Position numbers and translations under genes: made by a program
Virus record (IMG/VR): IMGVR_UViG_3300033066_000592
Location: 1 to 64,000 of that record
Strand: one strand, 5' to 3'
Length of the DNA: 64,000 bases
From: a virus
Taxonomy: Duplodnaviria > Caudoviricetes
Shown: positions 60,876 to 64,000 of the stretch, piece by piece
Layout: each line of letters opens with the position of its first letter
Numbering within the stretch: the first letter of the stretch is position 1
The notes under the pieces: generated by a model
Database searches by the model: none
What the model was told of the DNA's origin: nothing
What the model saw: the letters and a program-made list of their open reading frames with translations, nothing else

Positions 60876-62846
60876 ATGGCGACGAGCACACAGCAACATC
60901 CCAGCGAGGACAACTGGCAACGCTCAGACCTCAAGTATGGCTTCTTCCTAGAGATCAAGCCGAACGAGAATCTGCGTGACGTGCAGGCAGACTCTCGCTA
61001 CATCGAGCTGTTTCTCAGCCCCGATCGGCATGTGGTATCAGAGCCTGCTGCGACGGCAATCAAGCCCACGCAGGCAGGTTCTTTCGTGTCGAGCAACGGC
61101 TGGTTCGTGATCAAGCATGATCTGAGCGGGCAGACAGGCATGCAGCCAGGTAACGGCGTGTCCGGCCAGGCCGCGTTTTGGCAGTTCGCCAACTTGTATC
61201 GGCTTTGGAAAGACCGCACTCGCGCGAACCAGTATGCCGTGATGCACTGGTTCGCCATCAAAGAGGACGAGTTCTGGGTCATCGAGATCGAGACTTTCCG
61301 TCTCACGAGAACCAGCAAATCGCCCATCCAGTATCGCTACGATTTGTCGTTCACAGCTGTAGAGCCGTCGGTTCGCTTTGCGCAACGCACAGCCGCGGCT
61401 GTCGACGTCACACCGACAGTCATCGTGAAAGACACGCGCTCGACGTTAACTGAGCTGACCGACGTGCTTGATAGAGGCCGCACGGTGCTGCCGTTGGTGG
61501 CGGGGCAGCTCCGCAACGCTTACCAGCTGGCGCTCAACAGTGCAGGTGTCGTCGTGTCGACGCTGTCAGACCTGGAAGACTCGGCAAAGGCCATCACGAC
61601 TGACCTCGTCATCAATCTGCTGCGACAGACCAGCTCGTTTTTCAGTGGCGTCTTCACAGTGTTGTCACGTGTCAAGAGCTTGCCCGAAGAGGTCGAGTTC
61701 GAGGTGAACCGCTGCGCTGTTGAAGCTTCCGTACTCACGGACGTGCTGCTCGCGTTTCACGAGCTGGAGTCATCGCAGTTTGGCTTATCAGGCATAGACG
61801 GCAGCGTGCGCACGAGCGGCGCCGGCTTAGATTCGTTCCGGCCTATCGACGCGAACCAGCAAGAGGATCTGGTCTTCCAGGTGCCAGCTGATAGCGTCGG
61901 TCGTGCTGTCGCCGAAGATTTCATCGCACAGGTGCCTGACATCGAACGGTACCTGGCCGCCAAGATGCTCAAGAGCGTCAAGGTGCGCGACGGTCAGGCA
62001 ATCGAAGACGTGGCCTTGGAGCATCTTGGCAGCGTACATGCGGCGATCGTGCTCATCACGGTGAACGATCTGACGTATCCGTACATCGCACCGGATGCCG
62101 CCAACAAGCCGCCAGGTACCGTCGCGTGGGGCGAAGACCTGTACGTGCCTGTTTTGGTGGAGCCCGATCGCGTTGGCACTGATGGCCGCGCGACCGCGAT
62201 CCTGCATGAGAACCGTGTCGGCACGTTGACTGCGTCTACAACACTGACGCTGACCGACGCCAACGCCAAATTTCCACCGGACCTGCTCGTCGGTTACACC
62301 GTGCAGATCGGCCCAACTCTACGCATCGTCGTGGCGAATACGGCTACGACGTTGACCGTGAATCGCGCGTACCCGTTTGCGCCACTTCCAGGCACGACAT
62401 ACACCGTGACGTATCGCGAGTTCACGTTGCAAAAGCAGGACTCACGCGAAGTGCTCACTTACGGCAAAGATGCACTCGTGCGTGAGGTGCACGTTGGTGC
62501 AGGAACCGAGGCGTATTTCGACACTGTGATCGGACCGAACAACGACCTGCAGCTCGTGTACGGCTACGCGAATTTCGATCAAGCGATGACAGTCATGCTC
62601 AACACGGAGCAAGGCAGCTACAAGCTACATCCGACGTATGGTCTGAACATGCCTGTGGGCCTGTCGATCAGTCAGAACAAGTCAGAGCTGTTCGTGTTCG
62701 ATGCGAGACGATCGCTTTCTCGGAACACGAAAGTTGATTCTGTACCGCGCATCGACGTGCAGTCAGCCGGTGACGTCCTGAAAGCCGACTTCTATATCAA
62801 GCCGATCGCGGAAGGCCGCGCCCGGCTGTTTCGGAGAGCCAGCTAA
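60876..62846 (+). CDS. fused baseplate protein: tube-initiator-like + LysM-like + gp25-like
   Basis: EDVALEHLG...VNDLTYPYI...GEDLYVP; DLQLVYG.ANF.QA....L.TEQGS..LHPTYG. Confidence 0.7.
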   Translation: MATSTQQHPSEDNWQRSDLKYGFFLEIKPNENLRDVQADSRYIELFLSPDRHVVSEPAATAIKPTQAGSFVSSNGWFVIKHDLSGQTGMQPGNGVSGQAAFWQFANLYRLWKDRTRANQYAVMHWFAIKEDEFWVIEIETFRLTRTSKSPIQYRYDLSFTAVEPSVRFAQRTAAAVDVTPTVIVKDTRSTLTELTDVLDRGRTVLPLVAGQLRNAYQLALNSAGVVVSTLSDLEDSAKAITTDLVINLLRQTSSFFSGVFTVLSRVKSLPEEVEFEVNRCAVEASVLTDVLLAFHELESSQFGLSGIDGSVRTSGAGLDSFRPIDANQQEDLVFQVPADSVGRAVAEDFIAQVPDIERYLAAKMLKSVKVRDGQAIEDVALEHLGSVHAAIVLITVNDLTYPYIAPDAANKPPGTVAWGEDLYVPVLVEPDRVGTDGRATAILHENRVGTLTASTTLTLTDANAKFPPDLLVGYTVQIGPTLRIVVANTATTLTVNRAYPFAPLPGTTYTVTYREFTLQKQDSREVLTYGKDALVREVHVGAGTEAYFDTVIGPNNDLQLVYGYANFDQAMTVMLNTEQGSYKLHPTYGLNMPVGLSISQNKSELFVFDARRSLSRNTKVDSVPRIDVQSAGDVLKADFYIKPIAEGRARLFRRAS

Positions 62847-64000
62847 TGCCGCCAACAACCGCCTATCGGCCGAAGTCCTATCCAACGATTCTGAGTGACA
62901 TGCTGCGCCGGCTGAAGAAAGCCCTTGGCGTCGCAACCTACTCAGAGGTAGGCGGTATCCTGCTCACGATGCTGGAAACCACCAGCTTCTCTGTGGCAGA
63001 GGTGCACATCCGAATCAAGACGCTGCTCGATCTGTTTAGCATCTGGCGCTGTCGTGGTCGCGACCTTGACGAACGTGCACGTGATTTCGGTTCGGATCAG
63101 CTCGATCAGATGAAGCGGCGCAAGGCGCGACAGGCAACAGCACCCTTGGTTGTCGCTGATGGTCAGCTTCCTGCCACGAGCTTGTTGGCTGCCGATGTGC
63201 TGGCCGGCGCCACGGTCTTTCAGGTGCAGCCCGGTGATGGCGCACTGTTTCCGTTAGGTGGCAGCGTCGTGCTAGAGCGCGGCACCGCTCGCGCGGAGAC
63301 TGTCGTATTTGTGCGCGTCGGTGACGTGTTCAACGTCATACCCGTGCCAGGCGGGCCGACAGGGCTTCTGTATGCGCACAACGCTGCGACTCTTCTCAAT
63401 TTCATCTCGACAAAAAGCTATATCGCGGCGCCCGTCGTGACTGGTGGCCTGACGATCCTCCTCGCGTCAGGCACTGGTACGGCGTGGCCCGCGTCCGGTG
63501 CCGTCGTCATTGACCGTGAATCGGTGCTGCGCGAGCTGCTGCCGTTCACACGTACCGGCGACATGCTGACACTTGGCTTGCCGCTGGCAAACAACCATGC
63601 GGCAGGAGCGTCGCTATACCTGTCGACTGCTGGCGTAGATCGCCAGGTGCCTGTCAACACAGGCGTGTTTGCGCGAGCCACCACGGTCAATGCACAGGTG
63701 AATTTCCGAACGAAAGCAGCTGGCACGCTGCTCGATGGCGACCTCACAACTGGTCTCATACAGGCGGAGTCGGAAGACGTCGGCGCTGATACGAATGTCG
63801 GTAGCAACACGCTGACAAGCTGGCTCGACAGACCGTTCCCCACAGCCGTCGTGTACAACCCAGTCGCGGCAACGCGCGGTCGCAATGAAGAGGAAGACGA
63901 CGACTACAAGGATCGGCTCTGGTCGTTCATCTTGTCGCTCAGCCGCAGCACGCCGCTCGCTATCGAGACGCTGGTGCAGGGTCTAGAAGATCCTGAGACG
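62846..64000 (+). CDS. baseplate J-like wedge protein (3' partial; absent from the ORF track)
   Basis: Hand-translated open frame from ATG 62846 to the window end; G.DLDE.ARDFG; G.NEEEDDDYKDRL...SLSRST. Confidence 0.88.
   Translation, partial: MPPTTAYRPKSYPTILSDMLRRLKKALGVATYSEVGGILLTMLETTSFSVAEVHIRIKTLLDLFSIWRCRGRDLDERARDFGSDQLDQMKRRKARQATAPLVVADGQLPATSLLAADVLAGATVFQVQPGDGALFPLGGSVVLERGTARAETVVFVRVGDVFNVIPVPGGPTGLLYAHNAATLLNFISTKSYIAAPVVTGGLTILLASGTGTAWPASGAVVIDRESVLRELLPFTRTGDMLTLGLPLANNHAAGASLYLSTAGVDRQVPVNTGVFARATTVNAQVNFRTKAAGTLLDGDLTTGLIQAESEDVGADTNVGSNTLTSWLDRPFPTAVVYNPVAATRGRNEEEDDDYKDRLWSFILSLSRSTPLAIETLVQGLEDPET

Noticed and set aside
1-64000. CRISPR array, tRNA or rRNA genes
   Set aside because: No regularly spaced repeats and no T-loop or cloverleaf signature recognised; tRNAscan-SE would be the definitive check.
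51915-64000. eCIS, tailocin or T6SS interpretation
   Set aside because: Terminase, portal, protease, scaffold and capsid are all present, so this is a phage.
1-64000. Stop-codon reassignment
   Set aside because: Standard-code ORFs are long and tile densely; TAG, TGA and TAA all end genes at coupled junctions.

Overview
This window is 64 kb of a large, GC-rich (roughly 60% by eye) tailed phage with a contractile tail; nearly all genes are on the + strand. The morphogenesis module follows the SPO1/Twort (Herelleviridae-like) order. Small and large terminase lie at 3.0-5.4 kb, followed by about 19 kb of accessory and nucleic-acid genes: HU-like protein, pyrimidine-dimer glycosylase-like protein, 5'-3' exonuclease, dTMP kinase, ParB-like protein and Cys-rich lipoproteins. 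Then come portal (24.7 kb), prohead protease, scaffold, major capsid, neck, sheath, tube, chaperones, tape measure with M23 peptidase, and baseplate genes, the last running off the window end. The Cys-rich lipoproteins suggest a myxobacterial-type host (inference). The standout is the 15 kb block between portal and prohead protease (26.5-41.2 kb). It encodes a 2H phosphoesterase plus sigma-like protein, a topoisomerase IB, an R-S-E ADP-ribosyltransferase, a SNF2 helicase, a MuF-like protein and a PI3K/HipA-like kinase. Four of these otherwise unrelated enzymes share the same ~55-aa helical module, and most carry the [ILVMF]-x-K-[AGS] motif that saturates the scaffold. This suggests a modular set of capsid-loaded, protease-matured, co-injected enzymes. 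Also notable: a stand-alone paralog of the tail-sheath insertion domain, a 59-aa H1-like protein missed by the ORF track, a candidate RNA switch, a probable +1/-2 tail-chaperone frameshift, and recurring extended -10 promoters. No tRNA, rRNA, CRISPR array, integrase or transposase was recognised. All product calls come from motif recognition by eye, not database searches.
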